Source: Deltaproteobacteria bacterium (GTDB taxonomy: Bacteria > Myxococcota_A > UBA9160 > SMWR01). Taken from it: a stretch of DNA of 64,000 bases. Below, piece by piece: positions 1 to 10,820 of this stretch. A program made the translations under genes and the position numbers. The stretch is from positions 2,390-66,389 of the forward strand of contig JAFDDG010000030.1 in the NCBI GenBank assembly GCA_019310965.1, given 5' to 3'. The number at the start of each line of letters is the position of its first letter. The stretch's first letter is position 1. Under the pieces are notes generated by a model, which was not told the DNA's origin, did no database searches, and saw only the letters and a list, made by a program, of their open reading frames with translations.

Positions 1-107
1 CAGACGCGCTCCAAGACGATCGCGAGAACCAGGACAGAGCCGATGGCCAACGGAATGACCGTCAGCCGCCCTATCCAGAGCAGATCGAGCAATTGCTGCG
101 AGTCCAA
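1..107 (-). CDS. MotA/TolQ/ExbB-family proton channel, 5' end only (runs off window start)
   Basis: Own minus-strand translation from TTG at 107 gives MDSQQLLDLLWIGRLTVIPLAIGSVLVLAIVLERV. This is the typical first TM helix ending A-I/V-x-x-E-R. GGAGG lies about 9 nt upstream. Divergent from the TonB-like gene. Too short for the ORF track. Confidence 0.55.
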   Translation of the reverse strand, partial: MDSQQLLDLLWIGRLTVIPLAIGSVLVLAIVLERV

Positions 108-429
108 GTCTCACCCCTCCTGGGCATTTTTTACGGAACGGCCGAGAGCCCGTTCCTCCCATCGGATCGGAAGGTTAGCGGAGCCTTTGCACCCCACCAC
201 AAGGCCGCAATCGCGTTGCACCCCCCGGGTGCCACGGGTACGCTTTTTGCGCCCGACAGCGGGATGAAGCCCTTGCGCTCCTGTTTCGTCGGACACGGCC
301 GGGATCTTGATTCCCGACAAAGGAATGAGAGACGGGGGCCGATCGGTCGATAGGCCCTGCGGTGGCGTGCGATCCGTTGCGCCGCTCGGGAACCGCGGGC
401 GCCGATGAGGGGTCCAGCCACACGGGGAG

Positions 430-1620
430 TTGTCGCAGCCGATGAGCCAGACGCTGACGCTCAAGCGCCGCGCGCGCCGAGGTCGCTCACCGGGCGTCCG
501 GCTGTCGCACGCCTTCGTGCCGGCCGCAGCCGGAGCCGGCGCGGCCGCAGCGGCGGATTTCCCCGGACTTTCGGAACACGCCGAGGGCGGCTCGCGCCGC
601 AGCTGGACGTCCGGCCTCCTCGCGCTCTTCCTGCACGGCGGCCTGCTGGGCCTGCTCTTCCTCTTCGCCGCGATGGCCCCCGAGGTGGTGAAGGAAATCC
701 TCGAGGTGCAACTGATCAGGGACCACGAGCCCGAGCCGGAAGCGCCCGCCCCGGCACCGATGGCCCTGGCCGAGCGGCGCCTGCCGAACTTTGCACCGCA
801 GGTGCAGACGGTGCAGCCACAGATCATCAACCCCCGCGTCATCGCCGATGCCGCGCCCGCAATCGACGCGGCGACCCTCGACATGGACGCGGTGGCCTCC
901 GTGGTGGCGCCGACCCGGCTCAGCACCAGCTCGGCGCCGGTGGTCGAGCGCGTCTCGGCGGTGCACTCGCCGATCGTGGCGCGGGCCTCGAAGGTCGACA
1001 TAACGGGAGTGGGCGGACCGGCCGTGCGCGGTCCGGTGAAGATCGATGCGCCGGTGGGTCCCTCCGTGGGCCCGCGCAAGATCGACGTCGCGACCTCGGG
1101 CCAGAGCTTCGGCACCGGCAAGCTCGAGATCGGTGGCCAGGGCTCTTCCGTGGCCGAGGGTCGCATCACCGGGCGCGACGTGGTGGGCACGCCCACCGGC
1201 ACGCCGCTCGTCAGCATCAGCACCGCCGTCGGCGATGGGCTGCTCGGCGGGGCCGGCGGCACCGGCAGCGGGCGCGGCCCGCTGGTCGCAACGTCCAGCA
1301 AGGCGTGTCTCGCCACACCGGCGGTGCAACGCTACATGGATTCGATCCAGCGCAAGACCCTCGACCGCTGGATCCTGCCGCCCGGCGTCGCCCCCGGCCA
1401 CGACGTGACGCTGCGCTTCCAGATCGATCCCGCCGGCTCGGCCATCTCGGTCTCGATGGTGAAGGCCTCCGACAACGCCCTCGGCGCCAGCTGCGTGGAT
1501 GCGCTGCGCGCCGCCGCCCCCTTCCCGCCCATGCCCGACGACGCGCGCTGCCTTGCGCGGCTCCCGATCATCGCAACGTTTACCAATCCTTCGGCTGCCG
1601 ACGGTCCTGTTGCGAACTGA
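430..1620 (+). CDS. tonB: TonB-family energy transducer (single N-terminal TM, long Pro/Ala/Val linker, TonB C-terminal domain)
   Basis: ORF 430..1620. TM segment is WTSGLLALFLHGGLLGLLFLFAAM. The C-terminus YMDSIQRKTLDRWILPPGVAPGHDVTLRFQIDPAGSAISVSMV...AAPFPPMP looks like a TonB_C fold. The start could be ATG 442. Confidence 0.7.
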   Translation: MSQPMSQTLTLKRRARRGRSPGVRLSHAFVPAAAGAGAAAAADFPGLSEHAEGGSRRSWTSGLLALFLHGGLLGLLFLFAAMAPEVVKEILEVQLIRDHEPEPEAPAPAPMALAERRLPNFAPQVQTVQPQIINPRVIADAAPAIDAATLDMDAVASVVAPTRLSTSSAPVVERVSAVHSPIVARASKVDITGVGGPAVRGPVKIDAPVGPSVGPRKIDVATSGQSFGTGKLEIGGQGSSVAEGRITGRDVVGTPTGTPLVSISTAVGDGLLGGAGGTGSGRGPLVATSSKACLATPAVQRYMDSIQRKTLDRWILPPGVAPGHDVTLRFQIDPAGSAISVSMVKASDNALGASCVDALRAAAPFPPMPDDARCLARLPIIATFTNPSAADGPVAN

Positions 1621-4600
1621 ATTCCTTTTGACCGTTGCTCTGCTCGTGAACATCAGCAGTGGCGCCAGCGCTGAAAAGTGCCGGACGGCAATCGAGCTGC
1701 GCTACGACGAGTTCGAGAACCTGGCCGAGAAGCACGTCGATTCGAACAAGGACTGCCAATTCGACCAGGTGGTCTACTACAGCGACGGCAAGGCCACGCA
1801 CGCCGAGATCGACAGCAACTTCGACGGCCGCATCGACACCTGGACCTTCTTCGAGGCCGACGGCAAGACCGTCGGCCGCCAGGAGTTCGATATCAGCGGC
1901 GACGGCAAGAAGGACCGCTGGATCGCGCACCGCGCGGGCAAGCCGGCCTCCCAGCTCGACGACAAGGACGCCGACGGCAAGGCCGACTCCACGCTGTACT
2001 ACAAGGACGGCGTGCCCCACCACATGGAGGAGGACACGGACCTCGACGGCCAGACCGACCGCTGGGTCGATTACCGCGGCGGCGAAGTGGCCGTGATCGA
2101 GGACGACACCAATGCCGACGGCAAGGCCGATGTGAGGGCCGAGTTCGACCCCTCCGGTGCCAAGATTCTCGAGCGCCAGGACACCACGCACGACGGCAAT
2201 TTCGACATCGCCATCCACTACCGCGAAGGCCAGAAAGTGCGCCTCGAGGAGGACACGAAGGGCAAGGGGCGGCCGGATGTGGTGACCCATTTCGACGGCG
2301 AGCAGATCGCCCGCAAGGAGGCCGACACCACCGGCGACGGCCACTTCGATTCGATCGCCTACTTCGAGAAGGGCATCGAGCGCCGCCAGACCCGGGACGA
2401 GGACGGCGACGGCAAGCTCGAGCTGGTGATCTATCTCGACAAGAGTGGCGCGAAGGAGCGAGAGGAAATCGATTCCAAGCAGGACGGCCAGCCCGACCTG
2501 GTTCGTTTCTTCTCACGGGGCCGCCGGGTGCGCGAGGAGGAAGACCAGAACGGCGACCGCAAGGCCGACGTCATCACCACGTACGACGACAAGCTGCCGC
2601 TTCTGCGCGAGGCCGACACGAACCTCGACGGCCGCAAGGACACCACGATCCAGTACCAGGACGGCAAGAAGCTGCGGCAGCAGGAAGACCGCAACGGCGA
2701 CAGCAAGCCCGACGCCAAATACGAGTTCGACGCCGCCGAACAGCTCGTCTTCGAAGAGCTCGACGAGAATTACGACGGATACTTCGAGGTCATCAACAAA
2801 TACGCGGATGGCAAGCTGGCGCGGCGCACGCTGGCTTCGCGCAAGACAGAGCGAGCGGAGCGCAACGAGTTCTTCGAGAACGGCAAGCTCGCCCGGGTGG
2901 AGATCGACGAGAGCGGCGACGGCAAGCCCGACCTCTGGAACTTCCACGCGCCGGACGGTGCGCTGATTCGCCAGGACCAGGATTCCAGCGGCGACGGCAA
3001 GGTCGACACCTGGCTCGAGCTCGACCCCGAGACGGGCAAGGAACGCACGGTGCGCCGGGACCGCAACGGCGACGGCAAGCCCGACCAGTGGCGCACCAAC
3101 AGCTCGACCGGCACGACCCTCAAGCTCGAGGAGGATCGCAACGGCGACGAGAAGCCCGACCGCGTGGTCTTCTTCGAGGCGGGCCTGCCGAAGCGCTTCG
3201 AAGAGGACAGCAACGGAGATGGCCGCCCAGATGTGCGCGGCGAGCTCGACGCGGCGGGCGAGACGCTGCGCGAGGCCCGAGACACCACCGGAGACGGTCA
3301 GTACGACGTCCGTGTCGCCTACACCGGCGGCCAGAGGACCCGGGAAGAGCGCGACACCCGGGGCGACGGCCAGTACGACGTGATCACGGACTACGCCGGC
3401 GGCGCGCCCTCGCGTCAGCAGCAGGACACCACCGGCGATGGCCAGCTCGACTCGATCCTGCAGTTCGAGAAGGGTCGCCAGAGCGTGCAGACGCGGGACA
3501 CGAACGCCAACGGCAAGCCGGACGTGGTACTGCGCTTCGACGCGCAGGAGCGGCCGGCTCGGGAGGAGATCGACCAGAACGACGATCAAAAGCCCGACCT
3601 GGTGAAGCTCTACGTAGAGGGGAAGCTCGTGCGCGAGGAGCGCGACGAGGACGGTGACGGCCGCTTCGAGCGCGTGACCGCCTACGACGGCGCCGAGGTC
3701 TCCCGCTCGGAGGCCGACATGAACGGCGACGGCACCGCGGACGTGGTCGCCTTCTACGCGGAGGGCCGAAAGCAGCGCCAGGAGGAGGACCGCAACTTCG
3801 ACGGGCGACCCGACGTGATCACGCTCTTCGACGATCAGGAGCGCGCGGTGCAGATCGACGAGGACGACGACCTGGACGGAAGGCTGGAGACCGTCACCAC
3901 CTTCGAAGGGGGCGTGAAGGTCCGCACCGACAAGGACCGCAACGGCGACGGCAAGTCCGACCTGACCGCCTGGTACGAAGGCGACCGCATCGTCCGGCAG
4001 GAAGAAGACACGGATTTCGATGGCGTGGTCGACCGGCGCAGCAGCGGCGGCGCCAAGGGCACGACGCTGCAGGAGGCCGACACCGACGGCAACGGCCGAA
4101 CGGATGTGTGGATCGTGGCCGACGCGGAGGGCAACGTGCTCGAGCGCCGTGAAGACCGCAGCGGAAACGGCGAAGCCGACTTCAAGGCCTGGTTCAAGGA
4201 TGGCAAGCTCGAGCGCGTCGAGCTCGATGCCACCGGCGACGGCTGCTTCGAGACGAAGGAGTGGTACACGAAGGCCGAGACCCTGCGAGCCAAGTACGAA
4301 GACACGACCGGCAACTGCAAGACCGACCTCTGGTCCTACGTCGCGGACGGCGCCGTGGTGCGCCAGGGACAGGACACCAGCGGCAACGGTCGGCCGGACA
4401 TCCTGATTCACTACACCAAGAACGGGAAGGCGACCGCACAGGAAGTGGCGAGCGGCGGCAAGACCCCGGACAAGAAGTTCCTGCTGGACGCCAGCGGCGC
4501 GGTGAAGGCCCAGTGCACCCTCGACGAGGCCGGCAAGAAGCTCAACACTCGCGCCAACGTCGATGCCAGCGGCACGGTGCTCGAGATGTTGACCGACACC

Positions 4601-4882
4601 ACCGGAAACGGCGTCGGCGACCAGCGCATCGTTTACGAAGGCGGCGTCGCCACGCGCCTGGATGTCGACACCAACGGCGACCGCAAGCCGGATGCCGCCA
4701 TCAGCTACGACGCTGGCGGCAACGCGACCCATCAGGACGAGGATGCCGACTTCGACGGCGTGATCGATCGGCGCTTCCAGGGCGATCAGCTCGTCGACAT
4801 CCCCGCCGGCACACGCCTCCCCGGAGCGGACTTCGGAGGCCTCGGCTGCGGCAGCTTCCACGGCTTCTGGTGGAAGCGCTAG
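1610..4882 (+). CDS. Secreted, highly acidic tandem-repeat protein with about 38 DxDxDG calcium-loop-like motifs
   Basis: In frame with ORF 1499..4882. TTG at 1610 gives a Sec-type signal, MRTEFLLTVALLVNISSGASA/EK; TTG 1628 is the alternative start. The body repeats E-x-D-x-[ND]-x-D-G-x-x-D followed by an aromatic-x-x-G hairpin about every 24-27 aa. Confidence 0.75.
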   Translation: MRTEFLLTVALLVNISSGASAEKCRTAIELRYDEFENLAEKHVDSNKDCQFDQVVYYSDGKATHAEIDSNFDGRIDTWTFFEADGKTVGRQEFDISGDGKKDRWIAHRAGKPASQLDDKDADGKADSTLYYKDGVPHHMEEDTDLDGQTDRWVDYRGGEVAVIEDDTNADGKADVRAEFDPSGAKILERQDTTHDGNFDIAIHYREGQKVRLEEDTKGKGRPDVVTHFDGEQIARKEADTTGDGHFDSIAYFEKGIERRQTRDEDGDGKLELVIYLDKSGAKEREEIDSKQDGQPDLVRFFSRGRRVREEEDQNGDRKADVITTYDDKLPLLREADTNLDGRKDTTIQYQDGKKLRQQEDRNGDSKPDAKYEFDAAEQLVFEELDENYDGYFEVINKYADGKLARRTLASRKTERAERNEFFENGKLARVEIDESGDGKPDLWNFHAPDGALIRQDQDSSGDGKVDTWLELDPETGKERTVRRDRNGDGKPDQWRTNSSTGTTLKLEEDRNGDEKPDRVVFFEAGLPKRFEEDSNGDGRPDVRGELDAAGETLREARDTTGDGQYDVRVAYTGGQRTREERDTRGDGQYDVITDYAGGAPSRQQQDTTGDGQLDSILQFEKGRQSVQTRDTNANGKPDVVLRFDAQERPAREEIDQNDDQKPDLVKLYVEGKLVREERDEDGDGRFERVTAYDGAEVSRSEADMNGDGTADVVAFYAEGRKQRQEEDRNFDGRPDVITLFDDQERAVQIDEDDDLDGRLETVTTFEGGVKVRTDKDRNGDGKSDLTAWYEGDRIVRQEEDTDFDGVVDRRSSGGAKGTTLQEADTDGNGRTDVWIVADAEGNVLERREDRSGNGEADFKAWFKDGKLERVELDATGDGCFETKEWYTKAETLRAKYEDTTGNCKTDLWSYVADGAVVRQGQDTSGNGRPDILIHYTKNGKATAQEVASGGKTPDKKFLLDASGAVKAQCTLDEAGKKLNTRANVDASGTVLEMLTDTTGNGVGDQRIVYEGGVATRLDVDTNGDRKPDAAISYDAGGNATHQDEDADFDGVIDRRFQGDQLVDIPAGTRLPGADFGGLGCGSFHGFWWKR
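1805..4775 (+). repeat. In-frame degenerate coding repeat array (period about 69-81 nt)
   Basis: Motifs such as EEDRNGDGKPD, EADTTGDGHFD and DKDRNGDGKSD recur. I counted about 38 units by eye. Strings like ggcgacggcaagcccgac recur at the nucleotide level. Confidence 0.8.
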
Positions 4883-4884
4883 CT

Positions 4885-5703
4885 CTGGAGGTTCGCGGCT
4901 TCTGTCTGGGCATCCTGCGCAACGGCGGCCTCGCCCACAAGCTGGCGCCGCCGCCGGGCGACCTGAGAGACGACGCCCGGGGCCCTGCCCTGCGCATCCG
5001 GCGCCCGAGGCGCGACGCCGAGCTCGCCTTTGCTCCGCACGCGCCGCGACTGCCGCGGCCCTCTCGACTCGACGATGCCGACGCCCGTGCCGCATGCCTC
5101 GCGCGCTTCGCGCACCACGAGCTGATGGCGGTGGAGCTCTTCGCCTGGGCGCTGCTGCGCTATCCGGCGTTGCCGGGCGCGCTGCGTCTCGGCCTGCTGG
5201 CGGCTCTCGCCGACGAGCAACGCCACTGCCACCTCTACCTCGAGCGACTCGCGGCCCATGGCTCGACGCTCGGCGAGCACCCGCTCTCGGACTATTTCTG
5301 GCGACACGAGCCGGCTCTGGCCGCATCTCACCAGGGCCCCCGCGCCTTTCTGTGCGCCATGGGGCTCACCCTCGAGCAGGCGAACCTCGACTTCTCGCTC
5401 GTCTACGCCGAGGGCTTTCGCGCGGCCGGCGACGAGGCCAGCGCGCAAGCCTGCGAGCTCGTGCAGCGGGACGAGATCCGCCACGTGCGCCTGGCCGCCG
5501 AGTGGCTGCCGCAGCTCGGCGGCCCCAAGGACCCGATCGCCGCCTACGAAGCTGCGGTGCCCTTCCCTCTGGAAGCCGCCCGGGCCAAGGGGCGCCGCTT
5601 CGACGCCGCCGCGCGGCGCGACGCCGGGCTCGCGCCGGAGTTCGTCGCCTACGTGCGCACGGCGCGCTCGAATGCGGAACGCAACCCGCGCTCCCGTGCC
5701 TGA
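4885..5703 (+). CDS. DUF455-like ferritin-fold (putative di-iron) protein
   Basis: This is the 3' part of ORF 4261..5703, after the upstream stop at 4882. Paired metal-ligand-like motifs are present: HHELMAVELFAW, DEQRHCHLYLERL, LEQANLDF and QRDEIRHVRL. The start is uncertain; CTG 4885 is the first in-frame codon after the stop. Confidence 0.5.
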   Translation: MEVRGFCLGILRNGGLAHKLAPPPGDLRDDARGPALRIRRPRRDAELAFAPHAPRLPRPSRLDDADARAACLARFAHHELMAVELFAWALLRYPALPGALRLGLLAALADEQRHCHLYLERLAAHGSTLGEHPLSDYFWRHEPALAASHQGPRAFLCAMGLTLEQANLDFSLVYAEGFRAAGDEASAQACELVQRDEIRHVRLAAEWLPQLGGPKDPIAAYEAAVPFPLEAARAKGRRFDAAARRDAGLAPEFVAYVRTARSNAERNPRSRA

Positions 5704-6796
5704 GCCGCTGCGCATCGCCAACATCGGCGCCGAGGAAGGCGTCGCGCCGGACGTTCCCGCGGTGCGTGCGGCGGCCGCACTCTGGCGCAGCCTGTTCGAC
5801 GCACCGCCCGCCTTCTCGTGGCTGCCCGAGGGCGAGGACGCTGCGGTCGCCTGGCTCAACACCCCGCAGGCCGCCGCAGAGGCCGCCGCCGCCGGGCGCC
5901 GACTCGCGGGAGCACGCCCCGAGGTGGTGGCGCGGGTGCACGACAAAGCGTTCGCCCACGACGTGGCGCGGCGCGAGGGACTCTTGCCCGCCTGCCTCGA
6001 AGGCGTCGTCACGGCGCTCTCGCCGGACGAGCTACTGGCGGCGGATGCCGTCCCGGCCCTGGCGCGACGCCTGGGCGCCTGGCCCGCGTGGGCTCGAGCG
6101 CACTTCACGCTGAAGCCGCGCTGGGGCTCGAGCGGACGCGGACGCGTCGCCGGCAGCGACGGCCGAGCCGACACGCCGGAGATCCGCGGCGCCCTCGAGC
6201 GGCTGGCCCGACGCGGCGGCGCCATGCTCGAGCCCTGGCTCGCGCGCGGCCGCGAGCTCTCGGTGACGTTCTGGATCGAGCCCGACGCCGCGCTGCGCCT
6301 GGTCGGCAGCGCCGACCAGCTGACGAATGCGTCGGGCCTGTATCGCGGCGCGCGCGGCAGCGTCGACGCGCGCGGCCGAGTTGCTGCGCACAGCGCATGG
6401 GACGAAGCCGCTCGCGAGCTGGCACTGCCCCTCGCCAACGCGGCTGCGGCGCAGGGCTACTCCGGCCCGCTCGGCGTCGACCTCTTCGCCTTCCGCACGC
6501 CGGAGGGCGACACGGCGCTGCGTCCGGTCGAGCTGAACGCGCGCTACACGCTGGGCTGCGTCGCGATGGGGCTGGTGCGCCGCCAGCTCCCGCGGCTGCG
6601 CGAAGAGCTCGGCCTCGCACCCGGCCGCCTGGTCCAGTTCGCCCTGCTCGTCTCCAGCCACGAGAGCGCCGACCCCGCGGTGTTGCAGCTGCCGCTCGCT
6701 CCGGAGCTGGGCCCTCGGGGCCCGGCGCTCTGCTTCGCCGACGCACCGGAGCCTCTCGACGCGCTGCTCGCGGAGCCCACGTCGCACAGAACCTGA
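5696..6796 (+). CDS. ATP-grasp-fold ligase-like protein
   Basis: In frame with ORF 5258..6796. GTG at 5696 overlaps the upstream stop by 8 nt. FTLKPRWGSSGRGRV resembles the ATP-grasp K-P-x-x-G-S-x-G-x-G loop. RPVELNARYTLG resembles the E-x-N-x-R Mg/ATP motif. Confidence 0.5.
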   Translation: MPEPLRIANIGAEEGVAPDVPAVRAAAALWRSLFDAPPAFSWLPEGEDAAVAWLNTPQAAAEAAAAGRRLAGARPEVVARVHDKAFAHDVARREGLLPACLEGVVTALSPDELLAADAVPALARRLGAWPAWARAHFTLKPRWGSSGRGRVAGSDGRADTPEIRGALERLARRGGAMLEPWLARGRELSVTFWIEPDAALRLVGSADQLTNASGLYRGARGSVDARGRVAAHSAWDEAARELALPLANAAAAQGYSGPLGVDLFAFRTPEGDTALRPVELNARYTLGCVAMGLVRRQLPRLREELGLAPGRLVQFALLVSSHESADPAVLQLPLAPELGPRGPALCFADAPEPLDALLAEPTSHRT

Positions 6797-6894
6797 GCAG
6801 ACCTGCCCAGAACCGAGGCAACCCGCCGCCTGTGACGCGTGAAACCGCACCCGGCGGCGCCAGAACGGAACGCCCCTTGCACAAGCGCCGCGGC

Positions 6895-7209
6895 GTGTCG
6901 GACAAAACCACCTTTGAAATCGAAGTCTCCATTGGTGAACTGTGCCTCAGCGAGCTCGAGGCGCGCGCTCGCGAAGCGAACGGGGGCCAGCCGCTCCCGC
7001 TGAAAGATTGGGTCGCCCTCGCCGAGGCGTGGCACATTGCCGCCGCGCTGCGCGCGAGCCGCGGCAACCGCTCGGCGACCGCCCGCGCACTCGGCATCGG
7101 CCGGCGCACGCTCTACGCAAAGATGGAGAAGCTCCGCCTGATTCCCGTCTGGGCCGTCCTCGCCCGCAACAACGGCCGCGCACACGACCCCGAGCAAGCG
7201 TCCGCCTGA
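6895..7209 (+). CDS. Small Fis-type helix-turn-helix DNA-binding protein
   Basis: This is the tail of ORF 5818..7209. GTG 6895 is the proposed start, with TTG 6877 as an alternative. The C-terminus [30 protein letters not shown] is a Fis/NtrC-type HTH. Confidence 0.6.
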   Translation: MSDKTTFEIEVSIGELCLSELEARAREANGGQPLPLKDWVALAEAWHIAAALRASRGNRSATARALGIGRRTLYAKMEKLRLIPVWAVLARNNGRAHDPEQASA

Positions 7210-7258
7210 AACGGCCCACCCGCGCACGCAGCCCCTTCGGCCGCTGCCTCGCGCTTGA

Positions 7259-9253
<1,995 letters not shown>

Positions 9254-9258
9254 TCGAT

Positions 9259-9292
9259 GGGGTGGGGGCGCCCTGCGGGGCGCCTCCACCCT
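9259..9292 (+). terminator. Strong GC hairpin after glnK (terminator or attenuator-like, no U tract)
   Basis: ggtgggggcgccc-tgcg-gggcgcctccacc forms a 13-bp stem with one G-U pair and a 4-nt loop. It is followed by cttcc rather than a T run. Confidence 0.45.
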
Positions 9293-9453
9293 TCCACGCT
9301 CCACTTCCCGGCCGGCCTCCCGCCGGCATCCGCTGGCCGTTCGCCACCACCCGCGGCCATGGGCGGCCCATTCGCCTCGCCTGGGCGCCCCGGGCAGCCG
9401 CACGCCGGCACATCCCTTGCTCTCCTGCAGCAGCTCACAGCAGGAGGCTCGGC

Positions 9454-10770
9454 ATGGCAGCCATTCGATCGGTTCTGTGGATCGGCAAGGCACGACACTT
9501 CGCGGCAGACATCGTCGCCGATGCGCCGAGTCTCGATGTCGTCTGGGAGCGCGATGCTGCCGAGGCAGCGCGCAGCAGCGGCGACGGCTTCCACGCCGTC
9601 GTCCTCGAAGCCGAGGACGCCGACCAGGCACTGGCAGCGTTGGCCAGCCTGGTCGCGAACCCGGGAGCACCGGTGCTGGTGCGCATTGCACCCCGTCAGG
9701 CCGAGCGCGCATCCGAGCTGTTGGAGGCCGGCGCGGCCGACGTGGCGTTGCGTGGGGGACCGAACGAGGAGAGCGACCTGCTCGCGCGCATCGAGCGCCT
9801 GGCGCGGCCCGGCCGGCGCAGCCCCGATCCTCGTATCATCGGAGGCGCGCCGGCCATGCGCCGGGTGCTCGGCCTGGTCGCCGTATCCGCGCGCTCGCGC
9901 ACCACGGTGCTGCTCTCCGGCGAAACGGGAACCGGCAAGGAGGTGGTGGCCCGCGCCATCCACGCCGCCAGCCCGCGGCGCGACGCGGCGTTCATCGCCG
10001 TCAACTGCGCCGCCTTTCCCGACACACTGCTCGAGAGCGAGCTCTTCGGCTACCAGCGCGGCGCGTTCACCGGGGCAGACCGCAACCAGCCGGGTCTCTT
10101 CGAAGCCGCCCACGGCGGCACGCTCTTTCTCGACGAGATCGGAGAGACCTCGGCTCCCTTCCAGGCCAAGCTGCTGCGCGTGCTCCAGGAGCGCGAGGTG
10201 CGTCGCATCGGCGCTGCGCGCAACCAACACGTGGATGTGCGGGTCGTGGCCGCCAGCAATCGGGAGCTGAGACGCGAGGCCAACGAGCAGCGCTTTCGCA
10301 TCGATCTCTACTATCGCCTGGCCGTCTTCCCGATCACGCTGCCTCCGCTGCGGGAACGCCCGGGAGACATCCTGGCCCTGGCGCACCACTTTCTCGCCCG
10401 GCACGGCCCCGACGAGGGACACCGCGAGGCGGCGCTCACGCCAGCAGCCGAACAGCTGCTGCAGGCCCACCGCTGGCCGGGCAATGTGCGCGAGCTCGAG
10501 AACGAAGTGCTGCGCGCGTTGGCCATGACCGAGCCGGGGGAGGCCCTCGCACCGGAGCATTTCTCCGAACGCCTCGGCGCGATTCTCGAGCCCATCGAGA
10601 GTCAAGTCGCGCCGGGCGACACGCTGCGCGAGACCCTCGGCCGCATCGAAGGCTTCCTGATCCGCAAGAACCTCGCGGCGCACGATGGCCAGCGCAGCGC
10701 CACCGCCCGCGCGCTCGGCATCACCCGCGAGGGCCTCTACAAGAAGATGAAGCGGTTCGGGATCGAGTGA
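9454..10770 (+). CDS. Sigma-54-dependent transcriptional activator (NtrC family) with a degenerate receiver-like N-terminus
   Basis: ATG 9454 with a caggagg RBS, in ORF 8851..10770. Walker A is GETGTGKE, and the GAFTGA motif (RGAFTGADR) and [11 protein letters not shown] are present. The C-terminal Fis HTH is [23 protein letters not shown]. Confidence 0.88.
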   Translation: MAAIRSVLWIGKARHFAADIVADAPSLDVVWERDAAEAARSSGDGFHAVVLEAEDADQALAALASLVANPGAPVLVRIAPRQAERASELLEAGAADVALRGGPNEESDLLARIERLARPGRRSPDPRIIGGAPAMRRVLGLVAVSARSRTTVLLSGETGTGKEVVARAIHAASPRRDAAFIAVNCAAFPDTLLESELFGYQRGAFTGADRNQPGLFEAAHGGTLFLDEIGETSAPFQAKLLRVLQEREVRRIGAARNQHVDVRVVAASNRELRREANEQRFRIDLYYRLAVFPITLPPLRERPGDILALAHHFLARHGPDEGHREAALTPAAEQLLQAHRWPGNVRELENEVLRALAMTEPGEALAPEHFSERLGAILEPIESQVAPGDTLRETLGRIEGFLIRKNLAAHDGQRSATARALGITREGLYKKMKRFGIE

Positions 10771-10820
10771 GGCCTGCGGCCGGGGTTGCAGGAAGTCCCG
10801 ACGTGGTACACGTTATACAC

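Noticed and set aside
111-429. A 320-bp intergenic region between the divergent ExbB-like and TonB-like genes, with small hairpins (for example ggaacgg-ccgagagc-ccgttcc). I considered a riboswitch, sRNA or Fur-type box.
   Set aside because: I could not match it to any RNA family core (no B12 box, no T-loop-like GTTCGA, no recognisable Fur/AT-rich palindrome). The stems are short. It is most simply two divergent promoters with their leaders.
111-1316. Long antisense or off-frame ORFs throughout the track. Examples: 111..1316 minus, 2513..5326 minus, 20012..22030 minus, 42951..45101 minus, 51102..53501 minus, 57463..59982 plus.
   Set aside because: Their products are Arg/Ala/Pro/Gly-rich low-complexity strings with no recognisable motifs. 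Each overlaps an ORF on another frame or strand that has clear family signatures. This is the expected stop-codon-poor shadow effect in high-GC DNA.
1805-4775. Periodic DNA repeats that could be mistaken for a CRISPR-like or satellite array.
   Set aside because: The periodicity is in frame within one long ORF, the unit length varies (about 69-81 nt), and the repeats are degenerate rather than exact with unique spacers. It is a protein-coding repeat.
4832-4882. The C-terminal FGGLGCGSFHGFWWKR of the repeat protein, considered as a MYXO-CTERM-type sorting signal.
   Set aside because: No hydrophobic helix or basic tail follows the GCG. The protein simply ends. The resemblance is limited to three residues.
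6866-6881. A second sigma-54-like element, cGGaacgccccTTGCa, with GG-N10-GC spacing, upstream of the Fis-type gene.
   Set aside because: The -24 half is weak (GGAAC versus GGCAC). It lies only about 14 nt from, or overlaps, the candidate start codons (TTG 6877, GTG 6895), leaving no room for a normal leader.
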